Origin: Raja brachyura
Lineage: Eukaryota
Assembly (NCBI GenBank): GCA_963514005.1
Contig: OY740787.1
Span: 59,086,001-59,150,000 of the forward strand
Direction: 5' to 3'
Length of the DNA: 64,000 nt
The translations under genes were made by a program, and so were the position numbers. Below the pieces are notes generated by a model, which did not search any database, was not told where the DNA came from, and worked only from the letters and a program-made list of their open reading frames with translations. Positions 1 to 12,455 of the stretch are shown piece by piece (the first letter of the stretch is position 1; each line of letters starts with the position of its first letter).

Positions 1-362
1 GTTGGACAGGCTAGATGCAGGAAGATTGTTCCCGATGTTGGGGAAGTCCAGAACAAGGGGTCACAGGTTAAGGATAAGGGAGAAGTCTTTTAGGACGGAG
101 ATGAGAAAATCTTTTTTCACACAGAGAGTGGTGGATCTGTGGAATTCTCTGCCACAGAAGGTAGTTGAGGCCAGTTCATTGGCTATATTTAAGAGGGAGT
201 TAGATGTGGCCCTTGTGGTTAAAGGGATCAGGGGGTATGGAGAGAAGGCAGGTACAGGATACTGAGTTGGATGATCAGCCATGATCATATTGAATGGCGG
301 TGCAGGCTTGAAGGGCCGAATGGCCGACTCCTGCACCTATTTTCTATGTTTCTACATTTCTA
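1..362 (+). mobile_element. CR1/HER1-like LINE 3' end
   Basis: ORF2 C-terminus RTRGH..FFTQRVVDLWNSLP..FKRELD, then the 3'UTR and a (TTTCTATG)-like tail. Confidence 0.9.
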
Positions 363-400
363 CAATCACACCATCCACAGAGCATAAATGCAGATTGCGA

Positions 401-708
401 GCGGCACAGTGGTGTAGCGGTAGAGTTGCTACCTTACAGCGCCAGAAACCTGGGTTGGACCTGACTACGGGCGATGTCTGTGCGGAGTTCGCATCCTCCC
501 TGTAACGACATGGGTTTCCTCCAAGTGCTCCAGTTTTGTCCCACGTCCCAAAGACATGCAGGTTTGTAGATTAATTAGCTTCTGTAAAAAATTGTAAATT
601 GTCCCAGATCTGCAGGGTGATCGCTGGTCGGCGCAGACTCAGTACTACTGATTGAACCCGGGTCTCGCCCTGTAAGGCAGCAACTCTGCTGCTGTGCCAC
701 TGTGCTGT
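401..708. mobile_element. HE1/V-SINE-like tRNA-derived SINE (+, 401-645) followed by an inverted 5' fragment (646-708)
   Basis: tRNA-like head GGCACAGTGG..GGTAGAG and V-domain-like core TGGGTTTCCTCC..GTGCTCC. Confidence 0.75.
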
Positions 709-924
709 CCTAACTTGAACCTTATAATGCTTCATGGTAATATCAACAATCAGTATCAACAATATTAATATCAGTAACTTCAGAGTCAAAATTTGGGAGA
801 CAAATAATTTGTTCAGAAAGCAGCCCCACGGTGATGAATGATCATGCAACACCTCCACCTAGTGACCACACATATATAATAACTACAGCCAACAAAACTC
901 AGCAAGACTCGATACTACAACAGA

Positions 925-1362
925 ACAGAGTGAGGCCACATGCAAATTGGAGGAACAACACCTCATATTTTGTTTGGGCACCTTACAACCCAGCGGTATG
1001 AACGTTGATTTCTCTAATTTCAAGTAACCCCTGCATTCCCTCTTCCCTCCCAGATTAGCCGTCTGTCTTGCTAGTTTCACTGTTCACATCCCTGTTATCT
1101 TCTCATTATCTCCTCTTCCCCAGCCAACAATGGGCCATTAAGGGGTCCACCCATCCTTGGTCATCTATTGCCACTCCTGATTTGTTCTGGCCTTTTCCTA
1201 CCTCCAATTCCCCGCATCCATCTACTTTCGGTCTGAAGAGGAGTTCTGACCCGAAACATCACCTATTCTTTTTCTCCAGAGATGTTGCCTGATCCGCTGA
1301 ATTACTCCAGCACTTTGTGTCTGCCGTCGATATAAACCAGCATCTGCAGTTCCTTGCTATAC
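925..1362 (+). mobile_element. Penelope-like element 3' fragment: GIY-YIG C-terminus and terminal region with a hammerhead-like motif
   Basis: Frame reads SEATCKLEEQHLIFCLGTLQPSGMNVDFSNFK*, followed by CTGAAGA..CGAAAC at 1233-1260. Confidence 0.8.
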
Positions 1363-2229
1363 GTAGAACAGTACAGCACATGAATAGGCCCTCCGGCCCA
1401 TAATATCCAAGTTGAACATGAAGACATTAAGATAATACCATTGTCACATTTAAAAAAACAAAACATTTTATGTTAAAGGAGGTTCACTGTTTTGAAATCT
1501 AGCAAATAGATCCAGATGTTATCTTCAGTGCAAGAACCATGGGATTTCCAGGAGCCAGCTCACCACCGCTAAAATCTAGGTCACATTTGGAGTATTGTGT
1601 TCAGTTCTGGTCACCCCATTACAGGAATTATGTGGAAGCTTTGGAAAGGGTGCAGAGTAGGTTTACCAGAATTATGCCAGGCTTAGAGGGTATTAGCTAC
1701 AGGGAGAGCTTGGACAGACTTGGATTGTCTTCTATGGAACACTGGAGGTTGGGGGAAGACCTGATACAAGTATATAAAATTATGAGAGGCTAGTATCTGC
1801 CCTTTGATACCATGGGCTTTTAAATATGCTCCTAAAGCTTACCCCGCTAGTCCAGTTCAGTACAAACACTGACTCAAGCACTGGACCAACTAATCTTTAT
1901 TTTTAGAACAAACACAAATTCCCCTATACGATAGCTAACCACCACGGGTTTGATCCTTGTCTTTGCCTGGCCAAGCCCTTCAGCCTCATGCAAGCAGACA
2001 CTGCCCAAAAGGTCACGCAATCCCAAGCGCCCTTCCAGAAGATCAACACCGATCTAAATTGGGGCTACCTTTTATAGGTCCACGAACCTTGAGGGGCCGA
2101 ACTACATAGAGGTGGTTCCCCTTACAATTCAATCATACATATCAATTACATCTATACATTATTGACAGTTCCCCAACCCAATTACAGAGAGTCTTAAACA
2201 ATGTTGACTCATGGCTAATCCTTGAAATT

Positions 2230-2490
2230 CCACTTCAAGCAGGGTGCAAGGCCACCAAATTCAAGTGCGGTTTCATGCCACTTCAAGCAGGGTGCAAGGC
2301 CACCAAATTCAAGTGCAGTTTAATGCCATTTCAAGCAGGGTGCAAGGCCACCAAATTTAAATGCAGTATCATACCATTTCAAGCAGGGTGCAAGGCCACC
2401 AAATTTAAATGCAGTATCATTATATTTCATGCAGGGTGAAAGGTCACCAAATTCAAATGCAGTTTCATACCATTTTAAACAGGGTGTACC
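2230..2490. repeat. 48-bp minisatellite, about 5.5 copies
   Basis: Unit CCACTTCAAGCAGGGTGCAAGGCCACCAAATTCAAGTGCGGTTTCATG starts at 2230, 2278, 2326, 2374, about 2422 and 2470. Confidence 0.92.
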
Positions 2491-2496
2491 TCACCA

Positions 2497-3458
2497 CATA
2501 GAAACATAGAAATTATGTGCAGGAGTAGGCCATTCGGCCCTTCGAGCCTGCACCGCCATTCAATATGATCATGGCTGATCATCCAACTCAGTATCCCGTA
2601 CCTGCCTTCTCTCCATACCCTTAGCCACAAGGGTCACATCTAACTCCCTCTTAAATATAGCCAATGAACTGGCCTCAGCTACCCTCTGTGGCAGAGAGTT
2701 CCAGAGACCCACCACTCTCTGTGTGAAAAAAGTCCTTCTCATCTCGGTCCTAAAGGATTTCCCCCTTATCCTTAAGCTGTGACCCCTTGTCCTGGACCTC
2801 CCCAACATCGGGAACAATCTTCCTGCATCTAGCCTGTCCAACCCCTTAAGAATTTTGTAAGTTTCTATAAGATCCCCTCTCAATCTCCTAAATTCTAGAG
2901 AGTATAAACCGAGTCTATGCAGTCTTTGTTCATAAGACAGTCCTGACATCCTAGGAATCAGTCTGGTGAACCTTCTCTGCACTCCCTCTATGGCAATAAT
3001 GCCCTTCCTCAGATTTGGAGACCAGAACTGTACGTAATACTCCAGGTGTGGTCTCACCAAGACCCTATACAACTGAAGTAGAACCTCCCTGCTCCTATAC
3101 TCAAATCCTTTTGCTATGAAAGCTAACATACCATTCGCTTTCTTCACTGCCTGCTGCACCTACATGCCTACTTTCAATGACTGGTGTACCATGACACCCA
3201 GGTCGCGCTGTACCTCCCCATTTTCTAATCGGCCACCATTTAGGTAATAGTCTGTTTTCCTATTTTTGCCACCAAAGTGGATAACCTCACATTTATCCAC
3301 ATTATACTGCATCTGCCAAACATTTGCCCACTCACCCAGCCTATCCAAGTCACCTTGCAGTCTCCTAGCATCCTCCTCACAGCTAACACTGCCCCCCAGC
3401 TTAGTGTCATCCGCAAACATGGAGATATTGCCTTCAATTCCCTCATCCAGATCATTAA
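2497..3458 (-). mobile_element. 5'-truncated young CR1 LINE (RT motif FADDTKL to the 3' tail)
   Basis: ORFs 3160-3549 and 2569-3159 share a frame and are split by one TAG. Flanking direct repeat TCACCACAT at 2491-2499 and 3459-3467. Confidence 0.92.
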
Positions 3459-3887
3459 TCACCACATTAATCACCACACAAAACACCACATAAAACAACA
3501 CATAAAAACAACATATAAAAACTACATTAAAACCACATAAAAACCACACTCACAATTCAGTAGACATTCAGTGTGTTAACAGCTGGTTCACAGCTCAGAC
3601 AGAGAGTCGTGACCTCTCTCTCCCCATCTTGCAGAGACTGAGCCACGCCCACACTTCCGGGTTTTATAGTATCTACCCCTCCCACCAGAAGGGCTGTAGC
3701 CTTCATGGAGTGATTGACAGGGGAGCGAATCTCAACATTTTTTAAACACTAATAACTCTTTTATTTTTCATCAATGGGAAAAAACCTCTGCACCTGATGA
3801 GCAGAGGGGGGCTCTGAGTAAGATGGCCAAGGATCACAGCCATAAGTGTAGCGTTTTTTCTACAATCAATCTAGAGTGCAAACAGAG

Positions 3888-4390
3888 GGAGTACAGAGAA
3901 GGTTCATCAGACTGATTCCTGGGATGGCAGGACTTTCATATGAAGAAAAACTGGATAGACTCTGCTTGTACTCACTAGAATTTTGAAGATTGAGGGGGGA
4001 TCTTATAGAAACTTACAACATTCTTAAGGGATTGGAAAGGCTAGATGCAGGAAGATTGTTCCCGATGTTGGGGAAGTCCAGAACAAGGGGTCACAGTTTA
4101 AGGATAAGGGGGAAGTCTTTTAGGACCAAGATGAGAAAAACATTTTTCACACAGAGTGGTGAATCTCTGGAATTCTCTGCCACGGAAGATAGTTGAGGCC
4201 AGTTCATTGGCTATATTTAAGAGGGAGTTAGATGTGGCCCTTGTGGCTAAAGGGATCAGGGGGTATGGAGTGAACAGGTACAGGATACTGAGTTGGATGA
4301 TCAGCCATGATCATATTGAATGGCAATGCAGGCTCGAAGGGCCGAATGGCCTACTCCTGCACCTATTTTCTATGTTTCTATGTTTCTATG
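3888..4390 (+). mobile_element. CR1 LINE 3' fragment nested in the Helitron-like copy
   Basis: RGDLIETY..RTRGHSLRI..LWNSLP with a (TTTCTATG)n tail; host sequence GTGCAAACAG resumes as AACAGGAAATGG. Confidence 0.9.
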
Positions 4391-4427
4391 TAACAGGAAA
4401 TGGTCAAGTTTAGACTTTTAATTGTAA

Positions 4428-4695
4428 GCTTTTTCAAATCAACTACCACCACCACCACATTTGCTTAGCTTTTTCAAACCAACCACCACCACCACCACAT
4501 TTGCTTTGCTTTTCCGAACCACCCAACCACCACCACCAAATTTGCTTTGCTGTTGCAAACCATGTAACCACCACCACCACAGTTGCTTGGCTTTTTTGAA
4601 CCAACCAACCACCATCGCAATTGCTTTACTTTTTCCAACCAACCAACCGCCACCACATTTGCGTTGCTTTTTCCAACCAACCAACCGCCACCATG
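4428..4695. repeat. About 38-bp minisatellite (TTTTCCAACCAACCACCACCACCACATTTGCTTTGC), about 7 copies
   Basis: Direct reading; it explains ORFs 4439-4736. Confidence 0.85.
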
Positions 4696-5235
4696 TTAGT
4701 AAACATGTGTTCAGTGTTATTCACAGCTCAGTCTGAGAGTCGTGACCTCTCTCTTCCCCATCTTGTAGAGACTGAGGCAATTTTATAGTCCCTCCCCCTC
4801 CCACTGGAAGGGGCATGGCCTTTATGGCATGATTGACAGGAGAGAGAATCTCAACGTTTTTTAAACATTAATAAGTCTTTTATTTTTAATTGATGGAAAA
4901 ATCCTCTTGTCCTGCGCAGCGGAATGGGACTCTGAGTAAGATGGCCAAAAATCAAAGCTTTAAGTGGTAGCGTTTTTTCTAAAATCAATATGCAAACAGG
5001 AAGATTTGAGTTTTAATTATATAGATTATCAATTAAGAGGAAATGAGGAGAACACCTGGATCGTTCACCATCCTGCATATCAATCTGAGGCTCAGACTGG
5101 CCGGCGCCATCAGCAGCCTGTAATTTTACACTGACAAAGGTTAAGCAATTCTGACAAATGCAGGGATTCTTCATTTTATAGTGTCTTTAATTTGGTCAAT
5201 ATTAACAGGCTCCCATCTTCCTTAGCAGCCTCCCA

Positions 5236-5872
5236 TGTTCAAAGGTTCAATGTTCAAAGGGTATTTTATTGTCACGTGTACCAATTAAGGTACAATTAAA
5301 TGAGTTACCACAAAGTCATATTATAAAAATCAACAAGACACACAACTACATAAAAGTTAACATTAACATCCACCACAGCGGTTTCCCACATTCCTCACTG
5401 TGATGGAAGGTAATAAAGTCTAATCTTTGTTCTCTTTATTCTCCGCGGACGGGGCAGTCGAACCATCTGCAGTGGGGGTAATCGAAGTTCCTGCAGCCGG
5501 AGATCGAAGCCCCCGCGATTGGGGCGGTCGAAGCTCCTGCGGCTTGGAGCTCCCGAAGTCGGTCCCTAACCAGGGAATGTGAGCCCTACGATATTAAAGT
5601 ACGCAGGCTCCCACGGTTGGAGCTCCGAGGTTGATCCCCAGCAAGAGGCCGCCAGCTCCTCGATGTTAGCCCGCAGTGCGGACGGAGATAGGATACAGAA
5701 TAAAATTGCATCTCTGTCGAGGTAAGAGATTTTAAAAAGTTACCCCAACCCCCGCCCCACATAAAACAAAGCTAAAGAACACTAAAAAATACATTTAACA
5801 CGTACTAAAAATCAACAAAGAAGAAAAGGGCGAGACAGATTGTTGGCGAGGCAGCCACTGCGGCACCACCCG
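5236..5872 (-). mobile_element. Non-autonomous GC-rich retroelement with a Rex/L2-type 3' tail
   Basis: (TTGAAC)-like tail, GTGACAATAAA 3' motif and CpG-rich body; related copy at 21465-22255. Confidence 0.6.
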
Positions 5873-5879
5873 ATAGTTA

Positions 5880-8582
5880 ATATCATGACACCTTATCAAA
5901 GGCTTTCTGAAAATCTAGGTAAACAACATCTACTAAATCTCCTTCGTCTGTCCTGCTATTTACTTCTTCAAAGAATTCCAGCAACTTTGTCAGGCAAGAC
6001 CTCCCCTTCACAAAGCCATGCTGACCGGCTTATTTTACCGTGAACTTTTAAGTACTCCGTAACGTCATGCATTATAATCTTACGAACCACTGAATTCAGA
6101 CTAACCGGCCTATAGTTCCCACTATTCTGCTTTGCTCCCTTCTGGTGCAGCGGGGTAATATTAGCAATTTTCCAATCATTTGGAACCACTCCGACTCTAG
6201 TGATTCTTGAAATACTGTATCGCTATCAATGCCTCCACCATCTCTAAAGACACCTCTTTCAGAACCCTAGAATGCAGTCCATCTGGTGCAGGTGACTTAT
6301 CCACCTTCAGCCCTTTCAGCTTCCCAAGCACCTTCTCCCTGATAATAACCACTCCACTAACTTCCACCCCCTGACTCTCTTGAATTTCAGGCATGTTGCT
6401 GGTGTCTTCTACTGTGAAAACGGATGCAAAAAAGTTATTCAACTCCTCTGCACAGGGCCAGATTTATGTATAAGCTTCACAAGCTTAAACTTAGGGCCTT
6501 GAGATCTAGGGGGGCCTTGGCAGTACCAGATTTACCTATAGGCTTCATAGGCTGCAGCCTAGGGCCTCAAAATCTAGTGGGCCTCTGGCTAAGGTGTTTT
6601 TTTACCAAAGTAAAAAAAATCCTGAAAAAAAAAATTGGAGCGCTATCAGCGTTTCCATTTTGACAGAAATTACCCAAAATTCTGGTTCCGATCCCGCTGG
6701 ATGTTTTGGGGAAAAAAATTGCGACCATCCGCGCCTGCGCAGTTGGGGGATGCCGGTGACACAGTAGCGATGCAAAATGATGATGTCTCTCCGCTCGTGC
6801 GCAGTGGGGCGGGTTCAGACGTCTATTTGCACTCCACACAAACACCTCGATGCTTCGTGTCTACCAAAGATCCTAGGTGTCTACTCCAGGTAAGTAGTGG
6901 TATTGCATTGCGAGAGTGCCCGCTTCTCCGGGCCGGGTGGGGGGGGGGGGGGGGGCTGCGGTGTCTGCGGCACGGAGTCGGAGCCTTGCTGTGTGGGAGG
7001 GAGAGAGAAGGGGAGGGAGGAGAGAGAAGGGGGGATGTGAGAGTGGGGAAAGGGGGGGTTGAGACAGAGGGGGAGAGAGATGGAGGGGAGGGAAAGAGAG
7101 AGAGGGTAGAGAGAGAGAGGGGGAGAGAGAGATGGGGAGGGGGAGAGAGGTGGAAGGAGGGGGGAGAGGGAAAGGGGGATTATCTTTAGTGAGATTGCAA
7201 AATTAAGGTAGGTTTTAGAGCAATTATATTTTCGCCTCCATATGAATAATATCAAACAATTGGAACTGCTTTCTTTTCCATGATAACAATACTGAAAAAT
7301 ATGTATTCCATAGTTTACGACTTTCATTTTGCATCATATTTTTAATGTGCACACACTAACACAGTCGAACAGTAACAGGCAATCAAATCAACGCACAAAA
7401 CATTTTCTAAAAGAAGGTTTTATTTACTGCAAAAACACAGTATTTTATTTGCAGTGTTTGCATGCTTATTTATAACATTTTACATAACATTTTACAGTAT
7501 AACTTGATTATTAAGGACAGCTTCAATTCTTGATTTTTAAAAATGTATGCAACAATGTTCCCAATCATCCCATTCCAACCACTCATTACTCTTGACTTAA
7601 CCAAAATTATTTCTGAAATACTGGTTATAATTTTGGTGCAAAAATGCTCTAAAATAAGGCTCAGAATGCACCAGAGAGCATCTAAAATCCCAGAGCTTCC
7701 AGGGCCCTTTAGCGGGACTTTGAGCTTAGCGCTTATTATATGCGCTGCGTGCACTTATTTCAATTTTTTTTTATAATCCTGCCATGCCACCCCCCTTTTT
7801 GAAACACTTCGTACGGGCATGGTGTATAATATATTTGACACTGTCATAGGCCTTTCTTACATATGCTGTCACAACGTACTGTATTCTTCAAACAACATTT
7901 CAGTAATTTTCCTTGCCCTCCATTTCAGAATAATAGTGTTTTAAGCCGATAACTCGACACTAGCACTGGCAATAAATAAAAAGCGCAGCTTTCCAGCCCT
8001 TATCTCATTGGCCACGCTCGGCTGCACTTCGGTGTCAATCTGGCGGACTCTTCCTTTCGTCGTGGGGTTGGGGGATTGGGAGGGGCCTAGGGGCTCTCTT
8101 CAACTAAATCCAGCCCTGCCTCTGCCATTTCTTTATTCCCCATTATCACATTTCCTGCAATATTTTCCAGTGGTCCAAAGTCCACTCTTGCCCCTTTATT
8201 ACTCTTTATATAACTAAAGAAACTCCTGCTATCCTTTTTTATATTATTAGCTAGCTTATCTTCGTATTTCATCTTTTCTATCCATATTGCCTTTTTAGTT
8301 ACTTTCTGGTGTTCTTTAAAAGCTTCCAAATCCTCTGGCTTCCCACTAATCTTCGCAATGTTATATTACTTCTCTCGTAGTTTTATAGTCCTTGACTTTT
8401 CTTGTCAGTCACCATCGCCTCCTTCTCCCCCTAGAATCTTTCTTCCTCTTTGGAATGAAAAGGTCCTGCCTCTTCCGAATTAATCGCAGAAATTCCTGCT
8501 ATTGCTGTTCCACCATCATCCCTGCTAGAATCCCTTTTCAGTCAACTTTGGCCAGATCTTCCCTCATGATTCTATAGTCCCC
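5880..8582 (-). mobile_element. CR1 ORF2 internal fragment split by a DNA transposon
   Basis: GNKEMAE (about 8120) continues as ELNNFFASVF (about 6445); also KSPAPDGLH, WKIANITPL and GNYRPVSL. Confidence 0.9.
6453..8118. mobile_element. Non-autonomous hAT-like DNA transposon (1666 bp)
   Basis: TIRs CAGGGCCAGATTTA and TAAATCCAGCCCTG (12/14). 8-bp TSD CCTCTGCA/CCTCTGCC at 6445-6452 and 8119-8126. No transposase ORF. Confidence 0.85.
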
Positions 8583-10274
8583 TACAGTTTCCTTCCACAT
8601 CCCAAAGATGTGCGGATTTGTTGGTTATTTGGCACTCTGTGCATTTCCACCAATGTATAGGGAGCGGATGTGAAAGTGGGATAACGTAGAACTAGTGTGA
8701 ATGGCCGATCAATGGTCGACATGGACTCAGTTGTCCGAAGGGGCTGTTGACCATGCTGCCAAATTAAACTAACCCTCTCATTGGATCACTCCTGATATAA
8801 TATTCATGACATGGACTTCACACAATTTCTGTAAAGTACCTCACACAACCATTTATTCCCATTAGAACATAAAGCTCAGAACAGTGCAGCATAGAAACAG
8901 ACCCTTCGGCCCACAATGTCCATGCCAGACACGATATCAAGATAAACCAATGCCCTCTGCCTGCACGTGATCCATATCCCTCCATTCTTTGCGTATCCAT
9001 GTGCGGATCTAAAGGCCTCTTAAACAACACTATCGTATCTGCCTCCACCACCATGCCTGGCAGCACATTCCAGGTCCCTACCACCCTCTGTGTAAAACCC
9101 TTGCCTCATACATCTCCTTTAAACTTTGCCCCCCTCACCTTTAAGTCATGACCTGAGGTTCCTATTAAAAATAAATGAATAATCAGGTACTATTACAACG
9201 TTTAAGAAACATTTAGATAGGTACATGGATAGGATAGGTTTAGAGGGATATGGGCCAAACATAGGCAGGTAGGGCTAGTGTAGATGGGGCACATTGGTGG
9301 GCATGGACAAGTTGGGCCAAAGGGCCTGTATCCTTACTGTATGACTCGATGACTATTTGCTTTCAGTCAGAGTGCAAGACTGCTCTCTACTGTTTTAGAT
9401 GAAAATTGCAAGCAATGTGTTTCCAGAATCAAACATCTTCCTGTGGTTAATAGGTGACTAAACAAGCAGTAAAACTACAGACTCAGACAAAGGCAATCAT
9501 TAATTTATAATATTTTTAAACATTGTATTGTTTATAATATTCTTACAGTGGATAGGTACATGGATAGGATAGGTTTAGAGGGATATGGGCCAAATGCAGG
9601 CAAGCAGGACTAGTGTAGATGGAACATGTTGGTCGGTGTGGGCATGTTGGGCCAAAGGCCCTGTTTTCTCGCTCTATGACTCTATGACTCCACTGAAACG
9701 ATGTACCAAGATACCTTTAAAGTTTAGTTTAGTTTATTATTATTATTGTCCCATGTACCGAGGTACAGTGAAAAGCTTTTTTGTTTGGTGCTATCCAGCC
9801 AGCGAAAAGACTATACATGGTTACAATCAAGCCATCCACAGTGTACAGATGCAGGATAATGGGTATAACGTTTAGTGCAAGATGAAGTCCAATGAAAAAT
9901 GTTGGTCTGAGGATCTCCAATGAGGTTGATGGGAGGTCAGGATCGCTCTCTAGTTGTTGATAGAATGGTTCAATTGCCTGATAACAGTTGGGAAGAAACT
10001 GTCCCTGAATCTGGAGGTGTGCATTTCACTCTTCTGTACCTCTTATGTGATGGGAGAGAGGAGAAGTTGGAGTGAGTGGGGTGAGACTGGACCTGGATTA
10101 TGCTGGTGGCCTTGCCGATGCAGTGTGAAGTGTAGATGGAGTCAATGGTGGTTGGTTTGTCTGATGGTCTGGGCTTACATTTGAAATGAAGCATCTATGT
10201 AATATTTCTCCAGGCTGGAGTGAGGATGGTTAAATATTATTCCTGGCATATGGTACACTAATTCAATCTGTGAT

Positions 10275-10755
10275 GGGGTGCAGAAAGGATTTACGAAGCT
10301 GTTGCCAGGACTCAAGGGCCTAAGTTACAGCTAGAGGTTGAGCAGGCTAGGAATTTATTGCTTGGAGCACAGGAGGATGAAGGGTGATCTTATACAGGTG
10401 TATAAGATCATGAGAGGAATCGATAGAGTAAATGCACAGAGTCTTTTACCCAGAATAGGGGAATTGAGAACCAGAGGACAAAGGTTTAAGGTGAGAGGGG
10501 AAAGATTTAATAAGAACCCGAGGGGTAACATTTTCACACAAAGGGTGGTGGGTGTATAGAACAAGCTGCCAGTGGTGGTGGCTGAGGCAGGTACTATCAC
10601 AACGTTTAAAAGACATTGGGACTGGTACATGGATAGGATAGGTTTGAAGGGGTATGGGCCAAACGCAGGCAGGTAGGACTAGTGTAGATGGGGCATGTTG
10701 GTCGGCCTGGGCAAGTTGAGGCGTAGGGCCTTTTTCCACACTGCATGACTATGAC
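10275..10755 (+). mobile_element. CR1/HER1-like LINE 3' fragment
   Basis: KGDLIQVYKIMRG..RTRG..FTQRVV and a (TATGAC) tail. Confidence 0.85.
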
Positions 10756-11655
10756 AATTAATTTCTTGAAATACACTTCAGATGCCAGAAATGACTGGAT
10801 TATACGCAAATACTTTTATAAGCAAGTTTGGTCAATCATGGTATCAAATATACATCAGAAAATCACAGGCTATAATGTCCTTAATATAAAATGATGATGC
10901 ACAGTTACGGGAGATAATGAACGAGGTGATCCTTTTCGATATTTAATGGTGTTAAGCATCTGCTATTGTGTGCTGAGGTGTAATTTATAGTTGAAATTAT
11001 GAAGATCACAAGATGTCACCACAGGTGCTGATATCTTGTGATCTCCACCATTTCAATCACATCCCAAATCAAAGAAGCCTTTATCCTAACACGTGACCCA
11101 CCAATCTCTCAGACAGATTGCATCTACTTCAATCTGGGTCACCATGTCTAGCTGCAACACTGAAACACGCAGAATTAATCAATTGCCTTCACATCAGTGA
11201 GGACATTTATAAATCTATGAGAGAATTTCCAAGAGATTTGAAAGTAAAATCGCCTGAGTTAATTTAAGTTATCCGGCCATCTAGCAAATCGAGTTGTTTT
11301 AATTAATGCTGCCTTGAAGCATTACAGTGAACAGAAGGTAAGGCAGAAGTGAAACAAAAATAGTTACAGCTAAAAAAAGTACAGTATTTCATTTTGGAAA
11401 TCTTACATAAAGTTTATCTGATTGAATGTCATGGTCCTAGATCAGGAAGAACAGTTTAGGTTTAGGTGGTGCAGTTGTAGTGTTGCTGCCTTACAGCGCC
11501 AGAGACCCAGGTTGGATCCTAACTACGTGTGCTGTCTGTATGGTGTTTGCACGTTCTCACCGTGACAGCTTATATTTTCCCCAGGATGCTCTGATTTTCT
11601 CCCACACGCCAAAGATGTACAGGTGTAGGTTAATTGGCTTCGGTAAAGATTGTAA

Positions 11656-12455
11656 AGGTCCTGTCCCACTTGGCGATTTTTTCGGCGACTGCCGGCATCA
11701 TTTAATGACATATCAGCTCACCGAAAAATTTGCGGCGTAATGCGGCATGACGTGGCGTGATGCGGCGTGACGCGGCGTGACACGGTAGTGACGCGACTTT
11801 TTCAAGTGTCGCAACATTTTTTAAACATAACCAACAGAGGGGAGTGGGCAGCACAGAAAATAATCGGCTGCCCACTCCCCTCTCTGATGGACATTTACAC
11901 CTCCCGCTGCCTCAGCAGGGCGAAGAACATTATCAAGGACAGCTCCCATCCTGCATTTGGCCTGTTCAACCTGCTACCCTCAGGGAGGCGCTATAGGTGC
12001 ATCAGCGCTAGGACAAATAGACTCAAGAACAGTTTCTTTCCAAAATCCATTATCTCCCTGAACTCACACATGCACTGACTTCACAGCCTAACCCCCGGAC
12101 TTTCATCTATCCACCTACTGTAATTTGTACTGTAACTGTAATTTCCAATATGTGCAATAACCCATACTGGATATAGGAATCCTATTATCCATTCTATTTA
12201 TCCATTGTATTTTTATAGATATGTATATACCGCTGCAGAAACTGTGCACCTTATCCCCCCCCCCCCCCCTTTTTATTTTGTTTTGCACTGAGTAGGAGCA
12301 GCTTTTAATCTCATTGTACATGTGTATAGTGACAATAAAAGGCATTCTGATTCTGATTCTGATTCTGATTCTGATTTTTGTGTCGCTGCTGGATTTTGAA
12401 ATGCTCAAAATCTTTTGGCGACACTTATATGACGCTGGCAAGTGGGACAGACTCT
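11656..12455. mobile_element. PIF/Harbinger-type MITE containing a LINE insertion
   Basis: TIRs AGGTCCTGTCCCACTT and AAGTGGGACAGACTCT; TAA TSD at 11653-11655 and 12456-12458. Confidence 0.8.
11825..12375 (+). mobile_element. Rex1/Babar-like LINE 3' end
   Basis: IIKDSSHP..LLPSGRRYR..TNRLKNSFFP, then GTGACAATAAA and an (ATTCTG)n tail. Confidence 0.82.

Larger units (their letters stand above)
3460..5027 (-). mobile_element. Two tandem copies of a non-autonomous Helitron-like element; the first is interrupted by a CR1
   Basis: 3565-3885 is closely similar to 4705-5000. The minus strand starts A|TCTATATAATTAAAA at about 5027. Internal minisatellites are present; no 3' CTAG end was identified. 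Confidence 0.6.

Noticed and set aside
401-480. tRNA-like sequences here and at other SINE heads
   Set aside because: Each continues into a SINE body and tail, so they are not tRNA genes.
1850-2225. Possible solo LTR (minus-strand TATAAAA then AATAAA)
   Set aside because: No TG..CA termini, TSD or second copy found.
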